From the NCBI GenBank assembly GCA_014727915.1, contig WJMO01000005.1, forward strand, positions 447,243 to 511,242: 64,000 bases of DNA, given 5' to 3'. Shown piece by piece: positions 38,231 to 48,178 of the stretch. The stretch is from Candidatus Altiarchaeales archaeon (GTDB taxonomy: Archaea > Altiarchaeota > Altiarchaeia > IMC4 > SCGC-AAA252-I15). Every line of letters starts with the position of its first letter. The first letter of the stretch is position 1. The translations under genes were made by a program, and so were the position numbers. The notes under the pieces were generated by a model. That model made no database searches and was not told the origin of the DNA. It saw only the letters and a list, made by a program, of their open reading frames with translations.

Positions 38231-38977
38231 ATGGGCGATAAAATAAGCAGTAGGAAGACAAGCCTTCTATTGGGTCTTTTTGTGATGTCCCTCGTTCTCT
38301 CGAACGCATTGGGCGCTAAGATTGCGGAGTTCCACGTTCCGGATTTCGTCTCAAAGCCGTTGAACGTCATATTCTACCCGCTGATATACATTATGCGGGC
38401 GTTCCTCGCGTCTATTGGAGGTCGTGAGATACCGCTCAACTTCTTCGACACCTTCCACGTGTCAGTGGGAATACTCACAGTGCCCCTGATGTTCCTCATA
38501 ACCGACATCGTAGAGGAGGTCTACGGCATGAAGAAGGTGAAGGAGTTCATATTCGTGGGGGTCTCATCGATGGTGGTCATGATAATCATCACCACGGTCG
38601 CCGTCATGCTCCCGTCCGCGGAACGCTCGGTGGACCCTCAAAGCTACAACGCGATTTTCAAGGTCACCATCAGGATGTCGATAGCCAGCATATGCGCGTT
38701 CGTCCTGGCGCAGGTCCATGACATGTGGTCGTTCGAGTTCTGGAAGTCCAAGACAAGGGGCAAGCACCTCTGGCTTCGAAACAACCTCTCTACCATGGTA
38801 AGCCAGCTGATTGACAGCACAGTGTTCATGTTCGTGGCGTTCTACAAGTCGGCTCCCATGTGGGATGCGGTCTTCATAATATCCTTGATAATACCCTATT
38901 GGATATTCAAGATACTCTTCGCCATACTGGACACTCCGCTGGCGTACGCAGGAGTCAGATGGGTGAGGGAGGGCTAG
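38231..38977 (+). CDS. yhhQ: Queuosine/archaeosine precursor transporter (YhhQ/Vut_1)
   Basis: SNALGAKI, FLITDIVEEVYG, LWLRNNLSTMVSQLIDS, LDTP motifs. Confidence 0.88.
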   Translation: MGDKISSRKTSLLLGLFVMSLVLSNALGAKIAEFHVPDFVSKPLNVIFYPLIYIMRAFLASIGGREIPLNFFDTFHVSVGILTVPLMFLITDIVEEVYGMKKVKEFIFVGVSSMVVMIIITTVAVMLPSAERSVDPQSYNAIFKVTIRMSIASICAFVLAQVHDMWSFEFWKSKTRGKHLWLRNNLSTMVSQLIDSTVFMFVAFYKSAPMWDAVFIISLIIPYWIFKILFAILDTPLAYAGVRWVREG

Positions 38978-39189
38978 CGGAAGAAATCGTCCAATATGAG
39001 TATAATCTGCTCCCGGTTCTCATCCACCATATAAGGGCAGTCGTAGACGTTCTTAAGGCCCTTCAGAAGCGCCTTGGCGAAAATGGAGCACTTGGCATAC
39101 CCGCAGGGTGAGTTCTCGCCGCAGTTCTTGCCAGGCAGCAGAGTATAGATGTCCGCCGCCGCGTCTGCCATGGACTTCTCCCCCGTCAT
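38974..39189 (-). CDS. Stand-alone putative Fe-S binding domain (AcsC/RnfB N-terminal type)
   Basis: LLPGKNCG..CG...C..FA.ALL.....CPY. Confidence 0.8.
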   Translation of the reverse strand: MTGEKSMADAAADIYTLLPGKNCGENSPCGYAKCSIFAKALLKGLKNVYDCPYMVDENREQIILILDDFFR

Positions 39190-40313
39190 CCGATCACCTT
39201 CTCAAAAGCCGACAATACAGCATCAGCCTCCTCCCTTCCGATGTTCAACGGCGGTAACAAGCGCAATGTATTGCCACTGTATATTACGATTACGCCGTTT
39301 TTAATCAATTCGAGCGTTTTTCCCCTTCCATCATCGACGTCAACGCCTATCATCAGGCCCCTACCATGGGGTTTGAAGCCTGAAAGCCCCTTCATCAGGT
39401 AATCGCCCATCTTCCGCGAGTTCTCCACGAGCCCCTCATCATCTATCGCCCCGATCACCGCATTCGATACCGCGCAGGCAAGCGGGTTGCCGTTGAAGGT
39501 GCCCCCATGCTGTCCGGTTTCGAAGTCCATGGCAGAGTATGCGATGGCGCCTATGGGGAACCCGCCTCCCATTCCCTTGGCCAACACGAGGATGTCCGGC
39601 TCTATGCCAGCCCGCTTGAACTCGAACCAGCTTCCGGTCCGGCCGAATCCAGTCTGCACCTCGTCAACGATCAAGACCGCCCCCTTATCGCTTGTGAGGT
39701 CCCGAAGCTCCTTGAGATACTCGTCAGAGGGAACGATCACACCCGCCTCCCCCTGTATGGGCTCGACTATCACAGCGGCAGTATCGTCAGTCAAAAGGCT
39801 TTCAACCGACTCTATGCTGTCGTATTCCGCGAATTTGACCCCTTTGACGAGTGGCTCGAATGGTTTCCGGTACTTCTCGCACCAAGTCGCCGACAAGGCG
39901 CCTTTAGTCCGCCCGTGGAATGCATTCTTGAAGGCGATGACCTCGTGCTTGCCAGTGTGCTTCCGCGCCAGCTTGAAAGCAGCCTCCACCGCGCCGGTAC
40001 CGTCGTTGGTGAAGAACGCCCGCTCCAGGCCGGTGAGTTTGGACAGCCTCTCAGCCAATGCCAGCTGCTGTTCCGTGTAAACCCAGTTGCTAGCATGCAT
40101 TAGCAGGGAAGCCTGGGAAGACAACGCCTCAACGACCTTCGGGTGATTGTGCCCCACGGCCGAGACAGCGATGCCCGAGAAGAAGTCCAGGTACTCGGCG
40201 CCCGTGTGATCGAATACCTTGCACCCTTCACCCCTCACGAGCAACAGCGGAAGCCTGTTGAAAACCTGCGCGAAGTATCTACCCTCCTTTTTGACCGCCT
40301 CCTCGAAGTCCAT
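39186..40313 (-). CDS. argD: Acetylornithine aminotransferase (class III PLP)
   Basis: FHGRT, EPIQGEAG, DEVQTGFGRTG, AKGMGGG, GGTFNGNP motifs. Confidence 0.88.
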   Translation of the reverse strand: MDFEEAVKKEGRYFAQVFNRLPLLLVRGEGCKVFDHTGAEYLDFFSGIAVSAVGHNHPKVVEALSSQASLLMHASNWVYTEQQLALAERLSKLTGLERAFFTNDGTGAVEAAFKLARKHTGKHEVIAFKNAFHGRTKGALSATWCEKYRKPFEPLVKGVKFAEYDSIESVESLLTDDTAAVIVEPIQGEAGVIVPSDEYLKELRDLTSDKGAVLIVDEVQTGFGRTGSWFEFKRAGIEPDILVLAKGMGGGFPIGAIAYSAMDFETGQHGGTFNGNPLACAVSNAVIGAIDDEGLVENSRKMGDYLMKGLSGFKPHGRGLMIGVDVDDGRGKTLELIKNGVIVIYSGNTLRLLPPLNIGREEADAVLSAFEKVIG

Positions 40314-40383
40314 CTTCTCCTTTTTTTTAAGCTCGGATTATATAAGTGGTTCTTCTTATTATTAGTATTCGGGTTGATTAAAT

Positions 40384-41157
40384 ATGCTGAGCCTCTATCG
40401 CGGGATAAAAAGCCGTTGGGAGAGATTTTTGGGTATGCTGCCCGGGTGGCTTTCCCCCTGGGTCAGGGACCTGGCAGACGTCACCTTGACTGTGCTCGTC
40501 GTCATAGTCGTGCTGAAGGTCTTGTTCAGGGCCGACATGCTGGTGCCTTTGGTGGTCGTGACCTCCGATAGCATGGTCCACACGCCAGGCGACAACGACT
40601 GGCATTCGTGGATGGTAGACCATGGGCTAACAGAAGAGATGATATCCTCGTTTCCCATGAAGAGCGGTTTCAACATGGGCGATATGATACTCGTAAAGAA
40701 CCCGAGGGCGGAGCTGGGGGACATAATCATATATGAGAGGGACCTGGACCACCGCCACTTCAGCTCAAACGACCCAATAATACACCGTGTGGTCGGGGTG
40801 GTGCACGTTGAAGGGTATGAGATAGGCGCTGTGGAAGGGACCTTAGACTGCATGAACGACCAGTCCATGATGAGATACGTGGATATGGTGAGGGCCTGCC
40901 AGGATAAAAACGGCGAATGCCCGTACACCAGGTACCCGAAGGATGGCATGTTCAAGCTGTTCATAACGAAAGGCGATAACAACGAGGGTTCGGACCAGTG
41001 CAGCTCAAGGCTTAAGATAGCCTACCCAGTCAACGACGCCCAAGTCACCGGCAGGGCCCTCGTAAGGCTGCCCTACGTAGGATGGCTGAAGCTCATACTC
41101 AACTTCGTGCTGAGCATACCCCTGCTCATATTCAAGATACTGACCTTCCAGGTCTGA
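40384..41157 (+). CDS. Signal peptidase I (Sec11/S26B type)
   Basis: VVTSDSM (Ser), IIHRVV (His), TKGDNN. Confidence 0.88.
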   Translation: MLSLYRGIKSRWERFLGMLPGWLSPWVRDLADVTLTVLVVIVVLKVLFRADMLVPLVVVTSDSMVHTPGDNDWHSWMVDHGLTEEMISSFPMKSGFNMGDMILVKNPRAELGDIIIYERDLDHRHFSSNDPIIHRVVGVVHVEGYEIGAVEGTLDCMNDQSMMRYVDMVRACQDKNGECPYTRYPKDGMFKLFITKGDNNEGSDQCSSRLKIAYPVNDAQVTGRALVRLPYVGWLKLILNFVLSIPLLIFKILTFQV

Positions 41158-41164
41158 GGCTAAG

Positions 41165-41764
41165 ATGAAATTAAAAGACCTTGAGATATACTTCGTGACC
41201 TTCTACCTGCTGCTGTTCTCCTCGCTTGTGGTGCACGAGTTCGGTCACATATACGCGGCACAGCACATATCCAAGAGGTGCATATTCACTGAGACATCCC
41301 TGACATTCGATTTTCTCCTGCTGCGGAGGTCGGGGATGACCTACTTCACCTGCAGTCACGGCGTTGAATACCTGGAAAACCCCCTGTTAACGGTGGACTT
41401 CAACGATATCACAGCCCCTAAGCTGCGGTTCAAGGCGGCCAGGTCAGCGGGCATAGCCCAGGTGACCAGCCCCCTGACCACGGGATGGTTCACTGCCCTC
41501 ATGGGGCCCCTGCTGGAGGTCATCTACATAACCCTGGTGATAGACTGGCTCTCCAGGAGCTACGAGAGGTTCAGATTCGTCAAGGGATACTACCTATTCT
41601 TCATAGTCATAGTCTTTGTGAGCAGCAGATACGATTTCCTAGAGCTAATTCCTGTCTTGGGCGTGGTGCCCTTCATGTCCTTGTACTTCCTGTCATTCAT
41701 GCTCGTGGCACTGGTGCACCTGACATACAACATCGAGTATTACAGGAGACTCTTCAAGGGCTGA
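41165..41764 (+). CDS. M50-like intramembrane metalloprotease
   Basis: HEFGH in a TM segment, ALMGP and downstream Asp. Confidence 0.65.
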   Translation: MKLKDLEIYFVTFYLLLFSSLVVHEFGHIYAAQHISKRCIFTETSLTFDFLLLRRSGMTYFTCSHGVEYLENPLLTVDFNDITAPKLRFKAARSAGIAQVTSPLTTGWFTALMGPLLEVIYITLVIDWLSRSYERFRFVKGYYLFFIVIVFVSSRYDFLELIPVLGVVPFMSLYFLSFMLVALVHLTYNIEYYRRLFKG

Positions 41765-41813
41765 CACATTCCTTTTTTATACTGTATGCCCATATGGTTG
41801 TTGAGGTGATCGC

Positions 41814-41924
41814 ATGGAGTTAGTTCTTCAGCTATTCCTGGCAGCCGGGGTAGTGGGGCTACTGCTGATATTCGAGGAGTTGCGCGAGATAAAGAACCTG
41901 ATGAAGGCTAAGGCAGGCATTTGA
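41814..41924 (+). CDS. 36-aa single-TM small protein (not in ORF track)
   Basis: GAGGTGA RBS, MELVLQLFLAAGVVGLLLIFEELREIKNLMKAKAGI*. Confidence 0.55.
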   Translation: MELVLQLFLAAGVVGLLLIFEELREIKNLMKAKAGI

Positions 41925-41964
41925 GATGATGTCTGCCGCATTTATTCTAATATTTTAATCTTTT

Positions 41965-44220
41965 ATGATGCGGTTGCTTAAGCTGGAGCTGGAGAACTGG
42001 AGCTGCCATGACAGCCTTGAGGCGGACCTGGAGAGGGGCCTCCAGATCGAGGGCCGGAACGGGACGGGAAAGAGCAGCATACTCGAAGCCATAAGGTTCG
42101 TGTTCAAGGAGACTGCCAGGGGATACACCAACAGGATCCGGAACGGGGAAAGGCGCGCATCGGTGAAGCTCTCCTTCTCCGACGGAGGGCACACATACCT
42201 CGTCGAGAAGAGCCTCTACGTTGACAAGGCATCGACCGCTTCTATGATACAGGGCGACACCCAGGTGGCTGACAACCCATCGTCAGTCCATAAGAGGCTC
42301 CAGAACATACTCTCCGAGGACGTTCTCGAGAAGCTACTCTACATACCCCAGGACGGCCTGACCAACATATTGGACCGCCTCTCAGGCCGGGAGGGCAAGC
42401 TGGAGTTTGACCGCCTTTTCGGGCTGGACAAGCTTGAGAGGGTCTGGGAGAGGACCGGGCAGGAGATACAGGACTCGGAGTCTAAGCTGGAAGTCTACGC
42501 GGACGAGCTGAAGAAGCACCCTGAGAACGCGGAGGATGACTTCAAGGACAGGATCAGCGAGTTCTCCGCTTCAGTCTCCAGGGTGGAGGAGAATGCGTCA
42601 AAGCTGACGGAAGATATGGAAAAGGTTAAAGAGCATCTTTCAAGGGTCGAGGGCGAGTTGAAGAGGCTCGGGGAGGCCAAGAGGTCTATCGACTCCCTGA
42701 ACAAGAGGAAGGGTGCCTTGCAGGTCGTGGATGCGGAGACCCGGAAGGAGCTTGAATCCCTCAGGGACCGCATAAAAAAAGTCGACGTTAAACGCAAGGA
42801 CCTGAGCACCCTAACGGTCAAGAAGAGGGCGTTGGAGAGGTATAAGGGAATAAGAGAGGGGCTTCATGAGCTGAGATCGACCGGCGACCGCCTTGAGGGG
42901 CTCAAGGACCTGAAAGGGAGAAAAGAACGTCTGCTCCAGTTGGAAGAGCTCTTGAAGGAGAAGGATAAGGTCAGGGAGGCATATGAGAGGGGGAAGTCAG
43001 GGCTCAAGGCCTTGGAGGATGAGCTCTCAAATCACATGAACGAGCTCAAGAGGCTTGCGGACTACTACAGCCAACTGGGAGGCCTTGAGGGCCAGGCCAA
43101 ATGCCCCCGTTGCGGGCAGAGGCTGAACGCATTTGTGATGGAGCGGGAGAAGGTCGAGACAGCCCAGGAGATCAAATCCGTTGAAGAACACCGGAGAATG
43201 ATTGAGGCGCAGTTGAACGAGGTTAGGGAGTCAGTGGACCCGCTCAAGGAGAAGATAGAACGGTTCAGGGAATGGGAGGCGGAGGCCAAGCACCTGAGGT
43301 CCGAGGTTGGTGGGATGGAGGCCAAGGCCGTGGAATACCTTAAGAGACAACAGGAGATAAGGGCCAGAATGGAGAAGCTAGGGTACTCGGGGGAGGAACT
43401 GCCTGTCGTGGAGGAGAAGTTCATGGAATTGACGCGTGTGTCTGCGCTGATCAAATCCCTGATCGACGAGGTCGAGGGGGAGGAGAGGCTGAAGGACAAG
43501 GTCGAAAAGCTGGAAGCCAAGCATGCCGGCATAGCGGAGGAGATGAGAGCCGTTGAAAAGCAGCTCTCGCAGACTTCCTACGATGAGGGCGAACACCGGG
43601 ACAGGACGAAGAACAGAGACAGGCTGTCAGACTCGAAGTACAGGATCAAATCAGACCTTAAATCACTGTCGGCGGAGGTCAAGATGCTCAAGGCCGAGAA
43701 GAAAGCGTTGAAAGACAGGCTCATCCACTACTATGACCTCAGGAAGAAGCACGACGACGCCATGGACCATGTGCGGATGCTGAAGTCAGCCAGGGAAGTC
43801 TTCCACAGGGACAAGGGCCTGGTCAAATACCTCAGGGAGAGGTTCATAGTGAGGTTGAACTCCCTCCTCACACAGCATTTCAAGAGGTTCAACACCAACC
43901 CAAGATACGTTGACGTGAGCTTTGACAGGGACTATAACATACTGCTTAGAACCACTTCAGGCGACCTGAGCGTCTCACAGCTTTCGGGCGGCGAGCGTGC
44001 CCAGCTAGCCCTCGCCTTGAGAGTGGCCCTGATAGACCTGCTCTCTCCCATACCCCTGCTCATATTGGACGAGCCCTTCGGGAGCCTGGACGAGGCACAT
44101 CGTGAGATACTCGGAGAATCTCTGAACAAGCTATCCGAACAGGGTCAGCTGCTGATCGTCACACACGTTCACGTTGACAGCCTTCAACTGCAGAATAGGA
44201 TAGACCTCGGAGGATATTAA
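41965..44220 (+). CDS. Rad50/SbcC-like SMC ATPase
   Basis: GRNGTGKS, Q-loop YIPQ, CPRC zinc hook, LSGGE, LDEP, VTH. Confidence 0.92.
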   Translation: MMRLLKLELENWSCHDSLEADLERGLQIEGRNGTGKSSILEAIRFVFKETARGYTNRIRNGERRASVKLSFSDGGHTYLVEKSLYVDKASTASMIQGDTQVADNPSSVHKRLQNILSEDVLEKLLYIPQDGLTNILDRLSGREGKLEFDRLFGLDKLERVWERTGQEIQDSESKLEVYADELKKHPENAEDDFKDRISEFSASVSRVEENASKLTEDMEKVKEHLSRVEGELKRLGEAKRSIDSLNKRKGALQVVDAETRKELESLRDRIKKVDVKRKDLSTLTVKKRALERYKGIREGLHELRSTGDRLEGLKDLKGRKERLLQLEELLKEKDKVREAYERGKSGLKALEDELSNHMNELKRLADYYSQLGGLEGQAKCPRCGQRLNAFVMEREKVETAQEIKSVEEHRRMIEAQLNEVRESVDPLKEKIERFREWEAEAKHLRSEVGGMEAKAVEYLKRQQEIRARMEKLGYSGEELPVVEEKFMELTRVSALIKSLIDEVEGEERLKDKVEKLEAKHAGIAEEMRAVEKQLSQTSYDEGEHRDRTKNRDRLSDSKYRIKSDLKSLSAEVKMLKAEKKALKDRLIHYYDLRKKHDDAMDHVRMLKSAREVFHRDKGLVKYLRERFIVRLNSLLTQHFKRFNTNPRYVDVSFDRDYNILLRTTSGDLSVSQLSGGERAQLALALRVALIDLLSPIPLLILDEPFGSLDEAHREILGESLNKLSEQGQLLIVTHVHVDSLQLQNRIDLGGY

Positions 44221-44248
44221 AAAAAAATAGGGGTATGATGGGCAGATA

Positions 44249-44389
44249 TCATATCTGTATCAAACCCATCAGGAAGAATACGACCACGGTGATCACAACA
44301 CCGACTATCAGGAACACCAGCCTGTCGCTGTGTGAAACCTCGTCGTGTGCGATCGGATGGTCCAATATCTTCGGTTCTTCTTCAGCCAT
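44249..44389 (-). CDS. 46-aa tail-anchored small protein (not in ORF track)
   Basis: GGTGAGGT RBS, MAEEEPKILDHPIAHDEVSHSDRLVFLIVGVVITVVVFFLMGLIQI*. Confidence 0.6.
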   Translation of the reverse strand: MAEEEPKILDHPIAHDEVSHSDRLVFLIVGVVITVVVFFLMGLIQI

Positions 44390-44400
44390 GCCACCTCACC

Positions 44401-44640
44401 TCATTTAGATTGTTTCATGAGCAGTTCAAACGCCTTCAAAATCTTGGGTCCGATGCCTGCACTCATGATCTTAAGATAGACCGCGTCGTCTCCTTTCTTC
44501 TTCGCCTCTTCGTTCACCTTGTTGAGGAAGTAGGTCACCTGCCCATGCGTTAGCTTGAGCCTCTTAGCGACTTCGGATTCGGTATAGCCCAAACCCCTTA
44601 ACTCAACAATCTTCGACTTTTGGAAGTCAGACAAAACCAT
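44401..44640 (-). CDS. Small HTH DNA-binding protein
   Basis: IVELRGLGYTESEVAKRLKLTHGQVTYFL. Confidence 0.8.
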   Translation of the reverse strand: MVLSDFQKSKIVELRGLGYTESEVAKRLKLTHGQVTYFLNKVNEEAKKKGDDAVYLKIMSAGIGPKILKAFELLMKQSK

Positions 44641-44733
44641 ACACATCACCCCATCAAATGTTGTTCAACCAACAATATAGATTATTACAACATTCCTTTA
44701 AATAGTTTAAAAAAAGGCATATATTATTTGGAT

Positions 44734-45636
44734 TTATCGCCTGCAGAGGTTTAGGCCCTCATCCAGGGCACATTCCACTGCCAGCTCGTGCTCCTCCCTT
44801 TTTAAAGGCCTGCATATCTGCGGGTGCCGGGATGCCAAGTATTCCGGCCGGTACTGGGCCATCACATTCACCCTGACCGTATCTCCCAGGTGCTCGCCAA
44901 TCCAGTGGAGCACCGGCTTCGTGCAGCATTCCAGGTGCCCGGGCATGACAAGATGGCGGATGACGAGTTCAGCCTGGTCCCTTGCCAGAATGTGGTTCCC
45001 CGTCGTCACACTCCAATAGCGTGGAGCATCGCTCAACTCCATTGCGCAGTCGTCGTTCCCGTATTTGAAGTCGGTGAGGTAGACGTCGACGACACCGTCC
45101 AACAAACCCATCGACTCCTCTGACAGGTACATGTTGCTGTTCCATATCTGGGGTATGCTCCTCCCGACCTTTGACAGCACCTCCAGCACGTATGGAAGGC
45201 TGGGCGCTGGGTCTCCGCCCACCCAGTTGACGTTGACGCCCTGAGAACTGGATATTATGTCTGCCATCCTTCCGGGGTGAACCACAGTCCCGCCACCTGG
45301 GCTCTGGCTTATGTCCCAGTTCTGGCAGAACACGCACTTGAACGTGCATCCGGTTAAGAATATGGTATGGCTCGGGACGATCTCAGGTTCCTCTCCAAGG
45401 TGTATGAACTCGGAGGATATCCGCGGCTCCAGAACACCGCAGTATCCGCGTTCACCGGCTGCCCTGTTCGACCCGCACCGCCGTTCGCACAAGTTGCATA
45501 ATCCCAGGATAGCAGACGCTGCCTCGGCCTTCTCCTCCAGGCTGTCACATTCGAGGAACCTGGCCTTCCTCCGCCCATCCAGAACCTCAAGATACCTTGG
45601 AAGGGCTCTCTGCACGCCCTCATCCCCGGCTGACAT
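44734..45636 (-). CDS. Radical SAM protein (PflX-like)
   Basis: CNLCERRC N-terminus, CTFKCVFCQN, DFKYGND, RHLVMPGH motifs. Confidence 0.9.
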   Translation of the reverse strand: MSAGDEGVQRALPRYLEVLDGRRKARFLECDSLEEKAEAASAILGLCNLCERRCGSNRAAGERGYCGVLEPRISSEFIHLGEEPEIVPSHTIFLTGCTFKCVFCQNWDISQSPGGGTVVHPGRMADIISSSQGVNVNWVGGDPAPSLPYVLEVLSKVGRSIPQIWNSNMYLSEESMGLLDGVVDVYLTDFKYGNDDCAMELSDAPRYWSVTTGNHILARDQAELVIRHLVMPGHLECCTKPVLHWIGEHLGDTVRVNVMAQYRPEYLASRHPQICRPLKREEHELAVECALDEGLNLCRR

Positions 45637-45638
45637 CT

Positions 45639-45914
45639 TCAATACCTGACTTCATAGCCTGCTAGGCCCTCTGGCTTCTCGTTCCAGTCGACGTCAACGG
45701 CCTCGACCCTGCTGGTCGGCGGACCCCGCCTGCACCAGGAGACCATCTCCTTCACGCTCCCGGGGTCGCCTTCGAACACGGCTTCGACGCTGCCGTCGCG
45801 GAGGTTCCGAACCCATCCGCTGACGCCCGTGGCCAGGGACTTGTCCCTGGTGCTCTGCCTGTAGAACACCCCCTGGACCCTCCCCCTCACGATAACATGC
45901 GCTCTTACGGCCAT
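45639..45914 (-). CDS. acyP: Acylphosphatase
   Basis: GRVQGVFYR, GWVRNLRDGSVE motifs. Confidence 0.95.
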   Translation of the reverse strand: MAVRAHVIVRGRVQGVFYRQSTRDKSLATGVSGWVRNLRDGSVEAVFEGDPGSVKEMVSWCRRGPPTSRVEAVDVDWNEKPEGLAGYEVRY

Positions 45915-45952
45915 CTTATATTAAATATCCTGTACTCCTTATTAGTGTTTTG

Positions 45953-46882
45953 ATGAAGGCCACTGCACTATGCCATGGTGCCGCCACCATAATAACCGGT
46001 TTTGCCACAGGCAACGGGGGAGCCTACGGGATAGGGTTGGAGAACAGGACCACCGTGGAACTGAACGATTCAGGGAAGACCGAGTCCATAGTGAACGGGG
46101 AAGCGGATGTTGGAGTCGTGCTCGCCGAGGCTGCGGTGAAGCGAGCTCTTGAGCGTTTCAAAGCAGACTTCACAGGCGCGAAGGTGGTTACGGAATCTGA
46201 GATACCCGTGGCCGCGGGGTTGAAGAGCTCCAGCATAGCAGCCAACGTGATATCCTTGGCCGCAATAGGCGCAGTGGCGAAGGACCGGGGCGAGATAAAG
46301 GAGGTAAAGCTCAGCAAGACCCTGAAGGAGCAGAAGATAATCATAGGCGGCGAGGTCGTGGAAGACATGGATGTGATAAACGCGGGCATAGACGCCGCCT
46401 TCGACGCAAAGGTCACGGCAACAGGGGCGTTGGACGACGCGAGCGCGGCATACCTAGGAGGATACACGATAACACGTAACCTGGACCGGGAGATCGTATA
46501 CCACGGCGGCATGGAGGAGACGTTGAAGGTGCTCATATACCTCCCGGAGGGGAGGAGCTACTCCGGCGATATCAAACCCGAGATGGTGAATGCCTTCTCC
46601 AAGGAGGTGGGTCTGGTGTGGGAGCAGGCCAGGTCCGGCAGGGTATACGAGGCCATAACATTGAACGGCCTCATCCACTCCACCGTCTTTGGCTACGGGT
46701 GTGAGCCGGCGGTCAAGGCGTTGGAGGCTGGGGCGATAGCATGCGGCCTCTCCGGCACCGGACCTTCGGTGGTGGCGCTCTCACGCGACAATGGGAAGGC
46801 AGTGAAGGACGCGTGGGAGTCCCTTGAAGGCGAGATATTCGAGACTTCCATAAACAACGAGAAGGCGAGGGTGATAGGTTGA
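45953..46882 (+). CDS. aroK: Archaeal shikimate kinase (GHMP)
   Basis: GLKSSS, TGALDDASA, GLSGTGP motifs. Confidence 0.9.
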   Translation: MKATALCHGAATIITGFATGNGGAYGIGLENRTTVELNDSGKTESIVNGEADVGVVLAEAAVKRALERFKADFTGAKVVTESEIPVAAGLKSSSIAANVISLAAIGAVAKDRGEIKEVKLSKTLKEQKIIIGGEVVEDMDVINAGIDAAFDAKVTATGALDDASAAYLGGYTITRNLDREIVYHGGMEETLKVLIYLPEGRSYSGDIKPEMVNAFSKEVGLVWEQARSGRVYEAITLNGLIHSTVFGYGCEPAVKALEAGAIACGLSGTGPSVVALSRDNGKAVKDAWESLEGEIFETSINNEKARVIG

Positions 46883-47298
46883 CCGTCGTGACCGACCACG
46901 TGAAGCTGAGGACGGACGGGGAGGGTAGCATGGTGGACGTAACCCCCAGAGTCCAGGAGTGCGTGTCGAAGTCAGGCATCTCAAACGGCATCGTAACGGT
47001 ATTCTGTCCCGGGAGCACCGGCGCATTGTCTACGGTGGAATACGAGCCGGGTCTGATGAAGGACGTCCCCGACGCGCTGAAGCGGATCGCACCCGATGAA
47101 CTCTACTACGCACACCATGAGACATGGCATGACGACAACGGCAGAGGCCATGTCAAAGCCACGCTCCTGGGACCGGACATTTCAATTCCGTTCACCGACG
47201 GTGCGTTGACGCTCGGCACCTGGCAGCAGATATGCTTCATAGAATGCGACACGCGAGGCAGGGACCGCGAGCTTGTGGTCCAGATAATTGGTGAATAG
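46879..47298 (+). CDS. YjbQ/UPF0047 family protein
   Basis: PGST, EYEPGL, DNGRGH, LGTWQQI motifs. Confidence 0.9.
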   Translation: MTVVTDHVKLRTDGEGSMVDVTPRVQECVSKSGISNGIVTVFCPGSTGALSTVEYEPGLMKDVPDALKRIAPDELYYAHHETWHDDNGRGHVKATLLGPDISIPFTDGALTLGTWQQICFIECDTRGRDRELVVQIIGE

Positions 47299-47305
47299 TC
47301 GGGTT

Positions 47306-47665
47306 CTATCGCATTATGTTCTTCAAGTAGATGTAAAGGCCCCGCTTCAGCTCTTCCTCTGTTGGCTTGCGGCCAAGGGTCTGCTCCAGGTACGCTGACG
47401 CTGCGGTGTCCAGTTTTATCCTTCCCAGGCTGGCCCATATCCTGTCAGCCACTGCAACTGCCTGAGCGCTGTCAGGAGGGTGGGCGAGGTCGGAGTTCTT
47501 GAGCTCCGGTATCATCTCGGTGATCATCTTGAAGAGCGCCGCGTTCATGCCGGGATCCCCGAACAACGGATCGCTTCCAAGCGTGTCTGAGATGGATTTG
47601 GGGTCGATCTCGCCTAACTCTTCGGCTTCAACCTGGTTGCCTGAGTTGTCATCCATTTCGAACAC
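47306..47665 (-). CDS. Hypothetical protein
   Basis: ORF filling the gap downstream of the TIGR00725 gene. Confidence 0.55.
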   Translation of the reverse strand: MFEMDDNSGNQVEAEELGEIDPKSISDTLGSDPLFGDPGMNAALFKMITEMIPELKNSDLAHPPDSAQAVAVADRIWASLGRIKLDTAASAYLEQTLGRKPTEEELKRGLYIYLKNIMR

Positions 47666-47689
47666 TTGATTATGTATTGACTGCAGGTT

Positions 47690-48178
47690 TTATATAAACT
47701 TGAGGCACTCCCTTATCGCGTCCTCCGCCTTGACCATCTTTATCTGTGAGACTCTTTTGTCATCCGCGAGCGCGTTCCTGACTTTGTCAGTCACTCCGCC
47801 GCTGCCTTCAATGCAGAACACTGGCTTTCCATAGTTCAGTGCCATCGCTATCTCCGAGAGCGTTCCAGTGCTGCCGTTCAAGGACACTATCGCATCCCCG
47901 GACGAGACTACCAGCGTGTTTCTGGCGTATCCCATCCCCGAGGGTATCACCACATCCACATAGTCGTTGGCTTCCGACCCGTCGAATGAGGGGAGTATCC
48001 CCACAGTAATACCTCCGGCTTTCTTAGCTCCCCTGCACGCCGCTTCCATGACGCCTTTCTTCCCTCCGCATATGAGCACACACCCTGAGTTTGCGATGTC
48101 CTCGCCTATCCTCTCGGCCATCCTGTCGACTTCGGGCGGTAGCTTACCATCCAACCCTATGACTGTTATCTTATTCAT
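47690..48178 (-). CDS. TIGR00725 (LOG/SLOG-family) protein
   Basis: CGGKKGVMEA, VGILP, ARN, GTLSEIA motifs. Confidence 0.9.
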   Translation of the reverse strand: MNKITVIGLDGKLPPEVDRMAERIGEDIANSGCVLICGGKKGVMEAACRGAKKAGGITVGILPSFDGSEANDYVDVVIPSGMGYARNTLVVSSGDAIVSLNGSTGTLSEIAMALNYGKPVFCIEGSGGVTDKVRNALADDKRVSQIKMVKAEDAIRECLKFI

